DNA of 64,000 bases from an uncultured virus (IMG/VR IMGVR_UViG_3300046168_000009) (lineage: Duplodnaviria > Heunggongvirae > Uroviricota > Caudoviricetes > Crassvirales), in the IMG/VR virus record IMGVR_UViG_3300046168_000009; one strand, written 5' to 3'. The notes beneath the pieces were generated by a model. It had not been told where the DNA came from, did no database searches, and worked only from the letters and a program-made list of their open reading frames with translations. Positions 30,101 through 40,000 of this stretch are shown piece after piece (the stretch's first letter is position 1; each line of letters opens with the position of its first letter). The position numbers were made by a program, and so were the translations under genes.

Positions 30101-32478
30101 TCCCTTGGTTGAGTATATATGAAACAGCGCCAGTAGATTCATTGTTAGATATTTTTTGGGAAAGCACAACTGGTTGGAATTATATTTCAGACATCAATCA
30201 AGATGTAGAAGCTGGATCAGACGCGCCAGGTGGTTTTTCAGCTGTAGGTTTTGAATTTATAGAAAATCAAAACTTTGATGGAGCTGATAACAACATACTA
30301 ACTGGTGCTACAGGTGCATCAAATTCACCCTGGATAACAGATATATTTTACCCTCGTAATAATACAGGTGTAAATCTTACGAACACAACAGCAGTTATGA
30401 CTGTTACAAATCTTGCTGGTGATAATGTTTCTGGTGATTTTCAATTAGAACAAGTGCCTCAATCTTCACAGCAAGAAGCAGGTGGTTATAGAGTTAAGTT
30501 TATAACCAGCAATCACGCTTTTTTAAATTCAGCGGCAACTGTAGAAAGTTTTACTTTCTCTTTAGCTATAACTTATAATGGAGAAGTAACAACAAGAACT
30601 TTCCCTGGTAGACTACAAAACTTTGCACCTTCATTCTCACTTGCTAACTGTAGTGATTATATAACTGTAACTAGTCAAACAGAAACAGGTACTGTTATAG
30701 ATTTTGATGCAGTTAACGGGACAACACTAACTAGCTCAGCAGCAACAGATTTGTTTTTTGATATAACTACGGACCAAGTAACAGACTTTGGTGATAATTA
30801 TTTTGTATTAGATGGTTTGACTGGTGTACTTACTTTAAATCAAACCTTAGGTCAAAATGTTCCTTTAGGAGTTTACCCTTTAACAGTTAGAGTAAGAGAT
30901 GCGTATTTAACTAGCACTGGTGGTCCTCTCACTAATGCAGTGCCTGAGTACGCAACAATGCAAACAACGTGCTCATTCACAATAACAGTAGGTCCTGAAA
31001 TGGTTCCACCTTATTATCAAGGAAACTTTACCAGTAGCGAAAATATTTGGACACAAGAGTTTAAGCCAGGTTCTACCAATTGCGCTAGCACAAGTGGATT
31101 TTCTTGCTGGAATATGGGCTTTTCACCAAGTGTTATTGATCCTTCTACTAACAGCGCTGGTACAGGCGTTGCAATAAATCCAGTGGGACCCGGTGGTTCA
31201 GGTGATACGTTTTTTGGTATTGGTGGTTATTATTTTGGCCCAAGACAAAACGGTGTTGGTAACGCGCCAATTATTGCAAATGGACCTAATAATCAAGCAC
31301 CATCTCTTGGAACAGGTACTTATGATAGATATAATTCAGTTGAACTTGTAGGAGGTGACACAACCGCTGGTTTAACACCTGTAGCATTAACAAGTGGTGC
31401 TATGATTGTAGAAATAAATTTAGAAAATATAATGGATTGTCCTTCAGCTGGTGGTGCTGGTGGACAAAGAGAAAATTATGCTGAAATTCAATATATTAGA
31501 ATATTCCATAGAGCAGTTGATACAAATACGCCAAATCAAAACTCTTGGGTTGAAATAGGCGACGCTAATAACGCGTCTACTACCACTGCTATTTCTAATT
31601 CACCAGCTTTTAATTTACAAGCTAATGTATTTACTAGATCTGCCAGCACGAATTCTAACCAAGCATTAACAAAAGGTATAATATATATAGATGCAAATCA
31701 ATTACCTGGTGAATACTTTATAGCTGTAAAAGTAACTCAGGGTAATGGTACTCAAATCTCAGCTTCTGGTTGCTGTGCGTGTGACTCAGGTTACGGCGTT
31801 CAAGGCGCGTATCAAGGTTATGTTTCTATAACAGCCGAAGATGCTAATTTCAGTTACATGTCAGGAGCTCAAGATCAAGGTGTTTTATATAGTTACCCAT
31901 ATACAGTTCAAAGAGACGGTGGATCAACTAGCTCATTTCCAAATGTAAATCTTTTACCAATAGGAACCCCAGAGACAGTGTATGCTCATGCAAAATATGG
32001 TAATACTGTTAGGCAGTTTTTTAGTGATTCAACTTTATTAACCCCATGGGAACCAAATTCTGGTGTACAAGGAGGTCTGTATCACACTTTTGAAGGAGGT
32101 TTAATTCAACAAGAAAAATGCACAGGCTCAAGTTGTCAAGCAGGAGTAGGGTATTGGAGCGTATTAGGTTCTGTAAGTGCTGTATGTACAAATCCATTTA
32201 TTGCTAATTGGGATTTTAATATCAATACGAATGAGTGGGAGCCTTATAACCACAAAACTGGTAGTAAAGTAGTTTATAAAGGAAAATTTAGCGCATCTGG
32301 TGAACTAGTGAATGGTTATACAACATACAGTCCCTATGCGGCTGATTCAGCAACTGTTATTTTGGCACAAAGATTTGATGGATATCCTGACGTACGTGGT
32401 ACTGATCAACAAGTGCAAGGTATACCGGTATTAAGAGAAGCCTCAATGTCAGGTGTTCAAAGTGCAGTTTGTACGTAA
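27127..32478 (+). CDS. large tail protein (tail tubular B / muzzle-like N-terminus with appended Ig-like domains)
   Basis: KMNKDLDDRILPNGEYRDALN, LFWTDNRNQPRKIN motifs; 1783 aa with variable C-terminal half. Confidence 0.75.
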   Translation: MAEAKNTFLKSKMNKDLDDRILPNGEYRDALNISVGRSEDNDVGSLENILGNSLIAATASSNANLKCIGKFEDEVGNRIFQILTDYTDADATCQTVNYPSASTAVEMKITVFDLNNNTYSTLVQGKFLNFAKNRCWQVTGINLVEDLLFWTDNRNQPRKINVTTAIGNPNYYTEESQISVAKYMPQKAPELYKEVDTTVVTVTNTKNFILETVTGISVDMFVVSNAAQNVGSESILGSEYIRVTAIDTTTNTVTINADPSTAVVVGQRLRFIETTMTNESDDTSWPGDPRYLEDKYVRFAYRFQFDDGEYSLMSPFTQIAFIPQQSGFFLNGNETQAYESTIVKWFENNVDNVKLRISLPGVGTNVNLGGSVSKNVLTEYKIQNIDILYKESNGLVVKVLKTISGTTMAAEMDEEVYVYEYQSEKPYKTLTEGQTTRVYDKVPVRALAQSIAGNRVIYGNFKDKHTPYNTLDYNCTVQEKNDLYTSWAEYPNHTIKQNRTYQIGFVLADKFGRQSSVILSTYDTLSSAQGSTIFGGSTVFHPYYDANDSLDVKSWFGDAALLLLNQTIGDFTIGSSDRNLATGAPGIYGEPQTSWVVDNSTNDSLTYNAGTNRWTLSFSTPTIGSLPTTDMYLRGEYVDYTQILSISSAAGVTSITTLDKPNSYYLYLIENTDTDTKFAYSINPLGWYSYKIVVKQREQDYYNAYLPGFLDGYPEQMTQGSEIQYVVGTDTAGDAYSYAANANGINEILFPGGELDDTAHAVLINDNINKIPRDLSEVGPDQKQYRSSVELFGRVNNYEGKFNITNWSHSGGSPAGPGADQVNEIKFTGVNDPTNTTVFCPTGSCTGQEKALEPGMALLMGKCEVQYPDCTPTSNPPAYQDPQFFSNATLITKVEYDAVADETTVTFSPGGAIKADADNIIIEYGDNEQYYPTQKPDIASTVGTADDLGFYQYSVDNFNGSAARNLYQLETNPIVARFSTNQKLGVIAADMVPWLSIYETAPVDSLLDIFWESTTGWNYISDINQDVEAGSDAPGGFSAVGFEFIENQNFDGADNNILTGATGASNSPWITDIFYPRNNTGVNLTNTTAVMTVTNLAGDNVSGDFQLEQVPQSSQQEAGGYRVKFITSNHAFLNSAATVESFTFSLAITYNGEVTTRTFPGRLQNFAPSFSLANCSDYITVTSQTETGTVIDFDAVNGTTLTSSAATDLFFDITTDQVTDFGDNYFVLDGLTGVLTLNQTLGQNVPLGVYPLTVRVRDAYLTSTGGPLTNAVPEYATMQTTCSFTITVGPEMVPPYYQGNFTSSENIWTQEFKPGSTNCASTSGFSCWNMGFSPSVIDPSTNSAGTGVAINPVGPGGSGDTFFGIGGYYFGPRQNGVGNAPIIANGPNNQAPSLGTGTYDRYNSVELVGGDTTAGLTPVALTSGAMIVEINLENIMDCPSAGGAGGQRENYAEIQYIRIFHRAVDTNTPNQNSWVEIGDANNASTTTAISNSPAFNLQANVFTRSASTNSNQALTKGIIYIDANQLPGEYFIAVKVTQGNGTQISASGCCACDSGYGVQGAYQGYVSITAEDANFSYMSGAQDQGVLYSYPYTVQRDGGSTSSFPNVNLLPIGTPETVYAHAKYGNTVRQFFSDSTLLTPWEPNSGVQGGLYHTFEGGLIQQEKCTGSSCQAGVGYWSVLGSVSAVCTNPFIANWDFNINTNEWEPYNHKTGSKVVYKGKFSASGELVNGYTTYSPYAADSATVILAQRFDGYPDVRGTDQQVQGIPVLREASMSGVQSAVCT

Positions 32479-32503
32479 TAAATTAAAAAAATAAGTGATA
32501 ATA
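32475..32503 (+). promoter_or_regulatory. class II promoter-like motif
   Basis: GTAAT-N15-GTGATAATA immediately before ATG32508. Confidence 0.5.
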
Positions 32504-32507
32504 TAAT

Positions 32508-34073
32508 ATGGCGGCAACTATTGAAATAAACTATTTTAACTCTTTTTGGATAAAGAAGATGGATTCTATAGCAGAGGTTAGACCTAATACGGGTATAATA
32601 AGTGTAGATGCTGATAGTGTTACTCAAACAATTACTACTTACGTTCCTGACTTAGGTTATGGACAAAGAGTTTATGCTAAAGATGCAAACGGGGTTGATG
32701 TGGTAGGATTTCCAAGTAGAGTTTATTTGATATCTTCTTCAATGAGCGCATCACCTTACACAGTTACTTTATCTAGAGCTGTTAATTTAACGGCTACTGA
32801 TGTTTTAATTTTTGGTCCTATTGAATTGTTTACTGAAATACCTAGAGTTTATTCAAGTGATCCATCAGACTGGTATGCTGAAGAAGCTAGGATAAGAGGA
32901 GGTTACAATAATACAAATGTAGATTTAGGTGTAAAAGCCTACTTAGTAGAAGATAACGCCTCTCAAAACAATAGATTTAATTCTATGATATATTCTGGAG
33001 TTTTTAATTCTAGAACGGGTGTTAACAATACTAATCAGTTTTCTGTAGCAGAAAATATCAGTAGAAGCGTAGACCCATCTTATGGCTCTATACAAAAACT
33101 TTACGCAGAAGATACTAACTTAATTATATTTCAAGAATTAAAAGTAAGTAAAGCACTTATAGATAAAGACGCTATATATACTCAAGAAGGTCAACCATTA
33201 CAAGCGGCTTCAAATGTAGTAATAGGCGGTATAGTACCTTACGCTGGTGAATACGGAATAAGTACAAACCCAGAAAGCTTTGGTGTATTTGGATATAGAA
33301 AATACTTTGCAGATAGAACTAAAAATCTAATATTAAGATTATCACAAGACGGTATTACTGAAATATCTATGTATGGTATGATTGATTTCTTTAGAGATAA
33401 CTTAGCTGGCGCAGGTAGTTTACCAATAGTCGGCGGTTATGACATGCATAATAAGCAATACATTGTTTCTATAGGTGGAGCTGAAGGTTTAGTTAAAAAT
33501 GGTTTTGATCCTGAAACTGTTGCTTTTGATGAAGCGGTAAAAGGTTGGACTAGTAGATTTGATTATTTTCCAGATGCTATAGGTAGTTTAAGAAATAATC
33601 TATACACTTATTATGAAGGTGAAATATGGCAGCATTATTCTACGAGCGTAAACAGAGCTCAGTTTTATAATACAACTTACACGTCTAGTGTTAATTTAGT
33701 GCTTAATCCATCACCTTCAGTTGTTAAAAACTTTAATACTATTAACTATGAAGGTAGCAGTGGTTGGATAATGGAGTCGCTAACAACAGATCAAGATGTT
33801 GCTTTACAAATATCAGAATACCAACTACCAACAACACTAGCTGACTTACAAACATCTTTGTTTACTAATAATTTTAAAAGAAAAGAAAATAAATATTTTG
33901 CTAATTTATTAAACCTAACAGCTGTACAGCAAGGTGAGGTTTTATTTGGACAAGCTATAACAGGCGTTAAAGGTTTTACTTCTGAAGTAAAGTTTACTGT
34001 TCCAACAGCAAACCAGTCAGCACAAAGAGAATTATTCGCAGTTTCTAGCGAATTCAATAGATCATCTTATTAA
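32508..34073 (+). CDS. tail stabilisation / muzzle-like protein
   Basis: YGSIQKL, GEYGISTNPESF, LRLSQDG.TEIS.YGM, KGWTS motifs. Confidence 0.75.
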   Translation: MAATIEINYFNSFWIKKMDSIAEVRPNTGIISVDADSVTQTITTYVPDLGYGQRVYAKDANGVDVVGFPSRVYLISSSMSASPYTVTLSRAVNLTATDVLIFGPIELFTEIPRVYSSDPSDWYAEEARIRGGYNNTNVDLGVKAYLVEDNASQNNRFNSMIYSGVFNSRTGVNNTNQFSVAENISRSVDPSYGSIQKLYAEDTNLIIFQELKVSKALIDKDAIYTQEGQPLQAASNVVIGGIVPYAGEYGISTNPESFGVFGYRKYFADRTKNLILRLSQDGITEISMYGMIDFFRDNLAGAGSLPIVGGYDMHNKQYIVSIGGAEGLVKNGFDPETVAFDEAVKGWTSRFDYFPDAIGSLRNNLYTYYEGEIWQHYSTSVNRAQFYNTTYTSSVNLVLNPSPSVVKNFNTINYEGSSGWIMESLTTDQDVALQISEYQLPTTLADLQTSLFTNNFKRKENKYFANLLNLTAVQQGEVLFGQAITGVKGFTSEVKFTVPTANQSAQRELFAVSSEFNRSSY

Positions 34074-34087
34074 TCAAATACAATTAA

Positions 34088-34501
34088 ATGAAATTAACAG
34101 CAAGAAGACTAACTGAAAAAGACTATAGCACTATCGTAGAATGGTGGAAGTCTTGGCCAGAGTGGGAGCCTTTGGCACAAGAAATGTTACCTGAAAATGG
34201 TACAGGTGGAATTATAATAGAAAAAGAAGGTGAACCTATAGTAGCAGGTTTTTTATACGGAACAAATTCAAAAATAGCTTGGATGGAATGGATTATATCA
34301 AATCCAAAGTATAGAATTAAAAAAGACAGAGAGCAAGCTATATTATTATTAATAGATTCATTAGAGCAATGGGCTTATGATGGAGGTTTTAAATTAATAC
34401 TTAGTATAGGTAGAAGCAAAAGTCTAATAGATAAACACAAGAAATTAGGGTACACGGTGGATGAAAATCCATCACATGAAATAATTAAAAAAATAAGATA
34501 A
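34088..34501 (+). CDS. GNAT-like acetyltransferase
   Basis: 137 aa with GNAT topology (..AGFLY..AWMEWIISNP.YR..HKKLGY), located before ejection genes. Confidence 0.6.
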   Translation: MKLTARRLTEKDYSTIVEWWKSWPEWEPLAQEMLPENGTGGIIIEKEGEPIVAGFLYGTNSKIAWMEWIISNPKYRIKKDREQAILLLIDSLEQWAYDGGFKLILSIGRSKSLIDKHKKLGYTVDENPSHEIIKKIR

Positions 34502-34502
34502 T

Positions 34503-35231
34503 ATGGCAGCAGTAGCAGCAATCGGAGCTGGAGTTTCCCTTATTGGAGGAGCAGTGTCAGCTAACCAGGCAAGAAAAGCGGGTAAAGGAGCTCGTAATGA
34601 TGCTCGTAGAGCTAGAGCAGAGATAGCAGCAATTAAAGCCGCTAGAGTTGATATAGTTAATCCTTATGCAAATCAAGTTAATCTATCTGGGTTAGCTGAA
34701 AACTTGTCAGGTATGATGAATAATCCATTCTCTAGTTTAGGCGTAGCAACGCAAGCTGCAGAGATTAAAATGGAACAAGCTGATATAGCTTTAGCAAATA
34801 CGTTAGACACAATAAAATCTACAGGTGCTGGTGCTGGTGGCGCGACTGCTTTAGCTCAAGCCGCTTTAGCAAGCAAAAAAGGTGTTGCTGCAGATATTGA
34901 AGCTCAAGAAGCTAAGAACGAACAACTAAGAGCACAAGGTGAAGCATCACTTCAAGCTATGAAAGTTTCAGAGGAACAGAGACTACAAGGTATAGCAATA
35001 TCAGAAGGTCAAAGATTACAAGCTGGTGAAGCAGCTGGCAAGACTTTCCAAATGCAAATGGAAGAAGCTAGGTCTAATGCAGACTTAGGGTATGAAGCTG
35101 GTAATCTAGCTAACGCTATGCAAGCCCAATCCAACGCGGCGCAAGCTGAGGCTGGAGCATGGGGATCTGCTATATCAGGTGTAGCAAGCATGGCTTCAGC
35201 TGGTTTAAATTATAAAGCTGCAACAGCATAA
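34503..35231 (+). CDS. ejection (internal virion) protein
   Basis: Ala/Gly/Gln-rich with hydrophobic Gly-rich ends. Confidence 0.7.
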   Translation: MAAVAAIGAGVSLIGGAVSANQARKAGKGARNDARRARAEIAAIKAARVDIVNPYANQVNLSGLAENLSGMMNNPFSSLGVATQAAEIKMEQADIALANTLDTIKSTGAGAGGATALAQAALASKKGVAADIEAQEAKNEQLRAQGEASLQAMKVSEEQRLQGIAISEGQRLQAGEAAGKTFQMQMEEARSNADLGYEAGNLANAMQAQSNAAQAEAGAWGSAISGVASMASAGLNYKAATA

Positions 35232-35243
35232 AAAATAATTACT

Positions 35244-37040
35244 ATGAGTGCATACGACAATCCTAAATTAATAAACGATAAATCAGCTCTAGGTTGGGCG
35301 GCAGCAGCACAGCAAGTCAGTCAAGCTGTAGTTACAGGTTATCAGAATTATGTAGATTTTAAAATTAAAAACGCTGAAATAGCTAAGAAAAAACAAGATG
35401 TATTTGATTTAGCTTGGAACAAAGCTTCGTTAAAAGCTTACGAATCTGCTGACCAGATATATGAGGATGTTGAAGACGCTGGTTTAGAAAACTCTATAAT
35501 AGATAAAGCTAAAGCAATACAAGTTAGATTAATGGAGGGTGTTGGTAAACCTGGTGACGATGATTATGTAATGGGATCTATAGAAGCTAAAACTATTTTA
35601 GAAACTAGAGGAGGTTTAACAAAAGAACAAAGAAAAGATTATAGTGATATAGTTTCTGCTGCAAATAAAAACTTAAGAGATCTACAAGACGATGCTGGTA
35701 TAATATTATCAGACGTACAAGATGTAGAATTATATAAAGATGGGCCAGGTCCAGGTCGTGAATCAAACTGGGAAGGTGGTAATTTTCAAGAACAACTAGG
35801 TACTCAACTAGCAGCTTTTGGTTTATCGAACATTTCAGCTGAAGGAACGACTGTTGATAGCAAAGATTACAGGAGATTAAGTAACGGTGATAGAGTTGTA
35901 GAAGTTGTAACTACAGTTGCAAAAGGTTCTGAAATATTAAAAGGTGGTTTAGGAGAAGAGGGTTGGTTAACAAAGGCTAAAAACAAAGATGCTAATAATG
36001 TATATAAAATAAATGACGATGGTAGTGTTACTTTTACGTGGAAGAAAAACATGAAAAACTGGGACGGTCAGTTATTAAAAGCAACTGAACCAGCCACTGA
36101 TGGAAATCAAACTTTGGTAGATGCTAATATACTAGATAAATCAAAAGGTGAAGTAACAGCTAGTTTTAAAACAGCTTGGACGCCTGTTGGAGATACCATA
36201 CGTACAGATGCTGGTAAAGTTAGAACTTTAGTTGCTTCTGAATTTATAGATATGAAAGGCATAGACAAGGCTTTAGAAAAACAATTAGAGGGAAGATTAG
36301 CTGGTTTATATGCTTTACCACCTAGAGATAAGAAAGCTTATATGGAACAACGCTTAGAAATGGGTGATATTAAGATGGAGGACTTTGTTACATTAGATCC
36401 TGACCAACAAAAAGCGTGGTTAAGGTTAGCTGAAATAAATAAAATACGAGAAGATGCCGGATTAACTAGCTCTATGAATATTGAACAGCTAATGGAAAGT
36501 ACAAATCCAGATACTAATAAAAAGTATACTCTTGAAGAAGCTGAAGATAAAGTGGGTGAAACGCCTGGCTTTGGTTTTGTTAGAAGAGAATTAACAGACG
36601 ATGACATAAAGCAACTAAAAGAAAGAGGTCTTACTAATTACAAAGCTGGTGACTATGGTTACTTCAAAGAATCAGATCCATCTATGTCTTATGCTCCGCA
36701 AGGTAATAGAGGTTTGACGGCGGCTCAGCAGATAGCAATGGGGGACGTTTCAGAACAAAGAACCGCTTTTGCAAATACAGCATTTAGAGGTGAAATATTT
36801 AGTAAAGACGTAGCGCCTAGAACTTCAGCACTTAAAAAAGGTGATAGAAAGATCGATTGGGATTCAACAACTAATTCATGGATACCTTACACTTGGTCTG
36901 TGAATAGTGTTAGCACGAGCACTGGTGATGGAGATAGAGTTAGTACGCAGGAACCATACTGGAGAAAATCAAAAGTACAAGGAAAAAATTCGTTTACTAA
37001 CGACGAAAGACCAATGTTAAGCAACTGGCTTGACTTATAA
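35244..37040 (+). CDS. ejection (internal virion) protein
   Basis: 598 aa between the small ejection protein and the giant protein. Confidence 0.6.
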   Translation: MSAYDNPKLINDKSALGWAAAAQQVSQAVVTGYQNYVDFKIKNAEIAKKKQDVFDLAWNKASLKAYESADQIYEDVEDAGLENSIIDKAKAIQVRLMEGVGKPGDDDYVMGSIEAKTILETRGGLTKEQRKDYSDIVSAANKNLRDLQDDAGIILSDVQDVELYKDGPGPGRESNWEGGNFQEQLGTQLAAFGLSNISAEGTTVDSKDYRRLSNGDRVVEVVTTVAKGSEILKGGLGEEGWLTKAKNKDANNVYKINDDGSVTFTWKKNMKNWDGQLLKATEPATDGNQTLVDANILDKSKGEVTASFKTAWTPVGDTIRTDAGKVRTLVASEFIDMKGIDKALEKQLEGRLAGLYALPPRDKKAYMEQRLEMGDIKMEDFVTLDPDQQKAWLRLAEINKIREDAGLTSSMNIEQLMESTNPDTNKKYTLEEAEDKVGETPGFGFVRRELTDDDIKQLKERGLTNYKAGDYGYFKESDPSMSYAPQGNRGLTAAQQIAMGDVSEQRTAFANTAFRGEIFSKDVAPRTSALKKGDRKIDWDSTTNSWIPYTWSVNSVSTSTGDGDRVSTQEPYWRKSKVQGKNSFTNDERPMLSNWLDL

Positions 37041-37055
37041 TAAAAACAAATAAAT

Positions 37056-40000
37056 ATGTATGTAAACCCAGAAACGGGACAACGATACACATATGACGAG
37101 CTAGTGGGTCTAGCTGGTGGTGTAGAACTTGTTGACGAGTATGTAAACCAAAACGGTCTATTTGAAGAAGGCGACGTGGAAGAGATTGAAACTGAAAACA
37201 TAGATTTTCAACAAGTCACTGTACCAAATGCGGGTGCAAGTGTAGTGACGGATATAGATCCAGCACCCGAGAATACGGAATTAGATTTGGAAAATATTTC
37301 TTTGGCTTCAGCTACAGATGTATTTGATGAAGACCCTTTTAAAGAATTAAAACAAGCTAAGGCTAATCTAGCTCATTTTAATAACGAACTATTTGATCCT
37401 AATAATGGTAGAGCAGGTTTAGCTCAAAGAAAAAAATTAGAAAAACTAGTTAAAGACGCTCAGACTAAAATAGAGCAAGGAGATATAAACTTAGAAATAC
37501 CTGAGACTATAATAAGAAAAGGTAACGAAGAAGTTATACTTGCTTTACAAGGTGAATTTTCAGGTATTGTTTTTAATGATAACTCTTATTTTTTAGATGA
37601 TAAAATTACAGCTAATCTAGGTGGTGATAAAGTTACATTAGACTTAAATCCACTTACTGAAAAAGGTGAAAAAGAATTCTTTGAGAATTATAAGAAAATA
37701 CAAGAATACGAAAAAACAATTAAAGCCAAGAACGCTTTTGAACAAGGTGCGTTTTCTAATATAATGAACGCTTTTGATAGCGGAGCTTTAAACGTTGAAG
37801 ACGTTAATGATAACTTAAAAGATACCGCTTATACATTTGAACCTGTAGAACAAGAGGGTCTTGTGATAGGTTATGAATTAAAACAAAACGGACAAGTAGT
37901 AGCTAGTGATATATTTAATCAAGAAATAGAAGGTCCAGTAAGAATAGGTAATACGGATAGTATAGAAAACTATATAGCTAAAAACTTCACTAAAGAAGAT
38001 TTATCTAAGTCTATGGCCAACATGTACCCTTTGTTGTCTACTCATTTAAAAACTTTAGATCTTGAAGAGACAAAACGTATTGATGCTGTAAATAGCAAGC
38101 CAGACGAAGAACTTTTTGATTATGATGTTTTATCTGGACAGTTCTCTAAACTTGCAGATATATTAAAAAATAAAGAGTATTTTACAGAGGCAGAACAAAA
38201 AGCAATAGATTATATGCTTAAGTTTTCTGCTAACCCCGAAGGAAGAGGTGAATATGTAGACTCTGGAAGTATGTTTACAGAGGACGAGTTAGTAATGCTT
38301 ACGCCTGAAGAGCAATTAGATTATGTACGTAATCTAGATTTTTTAGATACTATGCAGTTCGCTGATGAAGGGGTTAGAATTGATAATGCTGCTTTAAAAG
38401 AAAAACTTTTAAATAATAACTTATGGTCTAATGCTATAGACTATTCTGTTAAAACACAAAGAGAAGGAGCGATTGCTAAAGCAAAACAAACAGCTGCTGA
38501 ATCTGTTATGTATGATTATGATAGAAGAGAAAGAGAGTTAGTTAGAATAGGTTTGCTTGTACAAAACGCTGGTTATGACATTATAAAAGATGAAATTAAA
38601 AGCGAAGCAAAAATAATTCAAAACTATAATGACACAACAAGTTCTATTATAGAAGGTGAAATAAATTTAATAGCTAATAGCTTAAAAGATATACCAGCTA
38701 AAATAGGTTATACTAAGACAGATGGTATTGTAGATAATACTTTATTTTTTAATTTAGAAACTACAAAAGAATTAACAGAGGATCAACAGCAGGTATACAA
38801 CGAGGCTAACGCACGTTTAATAACCCTACAAAATACTTTAGGAAGATTAGAATCTGATTACAAAAAAACAATAGAAAATTACGTTAATCACGTTGCTGAA
38901 GCTTCTCAATTTAGAGAAGACACTAATGTTGTTGTTGGTAAAGACGAAGAAGGTAAAGACGTAAAAAGAAATATACTAAACGAATTTGGTAGTGTTTTTA
39001 AAGAATATGAAATAGGTAGTTTGGTTGCTAAAGACTTTACAGACGCTAGTTATAATATAGCTTTAGCTTTACCTACTTTATTTAATTCTGAATGGGCTAT
39101 TAATGAGCAAAAAGCTTTACAAAGAAAAGAAGAATATTATAAATCATCAGCAGCATATGATGATGCGTTTGGTGAAGGTGAATTTGGTTTATATTCTGTA
39201 AGAACTTTATTCCAACAAGCGCCAAATATAATATTAGCTATTGGTACTGGATCTGCAGGTAATGCTTTAAAGCTTAGTGATGGTTTAGTTAAAACATCTA
39301 TAGCGTCTACGTTTGGTGTGACTTCTGGTACAGACATGTATAGGAATCTTAGCGTTCAAGCTGATCTTTTAGACATGGCAAACAAACAAGTTGAAACTCT
39401 TAATAGTTTATGGGAGGCTGGTAGAATAGATCAATTTGATTACTCTCAAGGATTACTTGATGCAGAGAAAACTATAGCAATGGGGGAAATGACACCGTTT
39501 CAAATAAGTGCTGCTTCAGTTGCTACAGGTATAATAGAGGGTGGGGTTACTAGATATATAGGTTCTGCTAATAACACCTTTAAGTTTTTAAAAGACGTTA
39601 AAGGGCAAGGTCAAATTAATATATATAATCTATTTAACAAACCAAGTTTAAACGCTTGGGGAAGTTTTGCAATAGAAGGTGGTAAAAGAATTGGTGGTGA
39701 ACTAGTAGAAGAAAATCTTATATATGGTGGAACACAAGGTATATCTGAATCTTTAATATTACAAAGAGACGCTGATTGGTCTCAGTTTGACGACACTACT
39801 TTAGCTACTCTTATAACAGCTGGGTTTGCAAACACATCTGGAATAGCTACATCAGCTATAACTCAAATGTCGGCTACTAAAAAGTTTAGAGAAAAAATAA
39901 ACAAAGCTACATCTGAGGTACAAGAAATGGTTAACCTAATGAATGGTCCAGGTGTTAGTCAAAATCAAAGAAAAACATTCACCGCCGCTATAAAACAAAA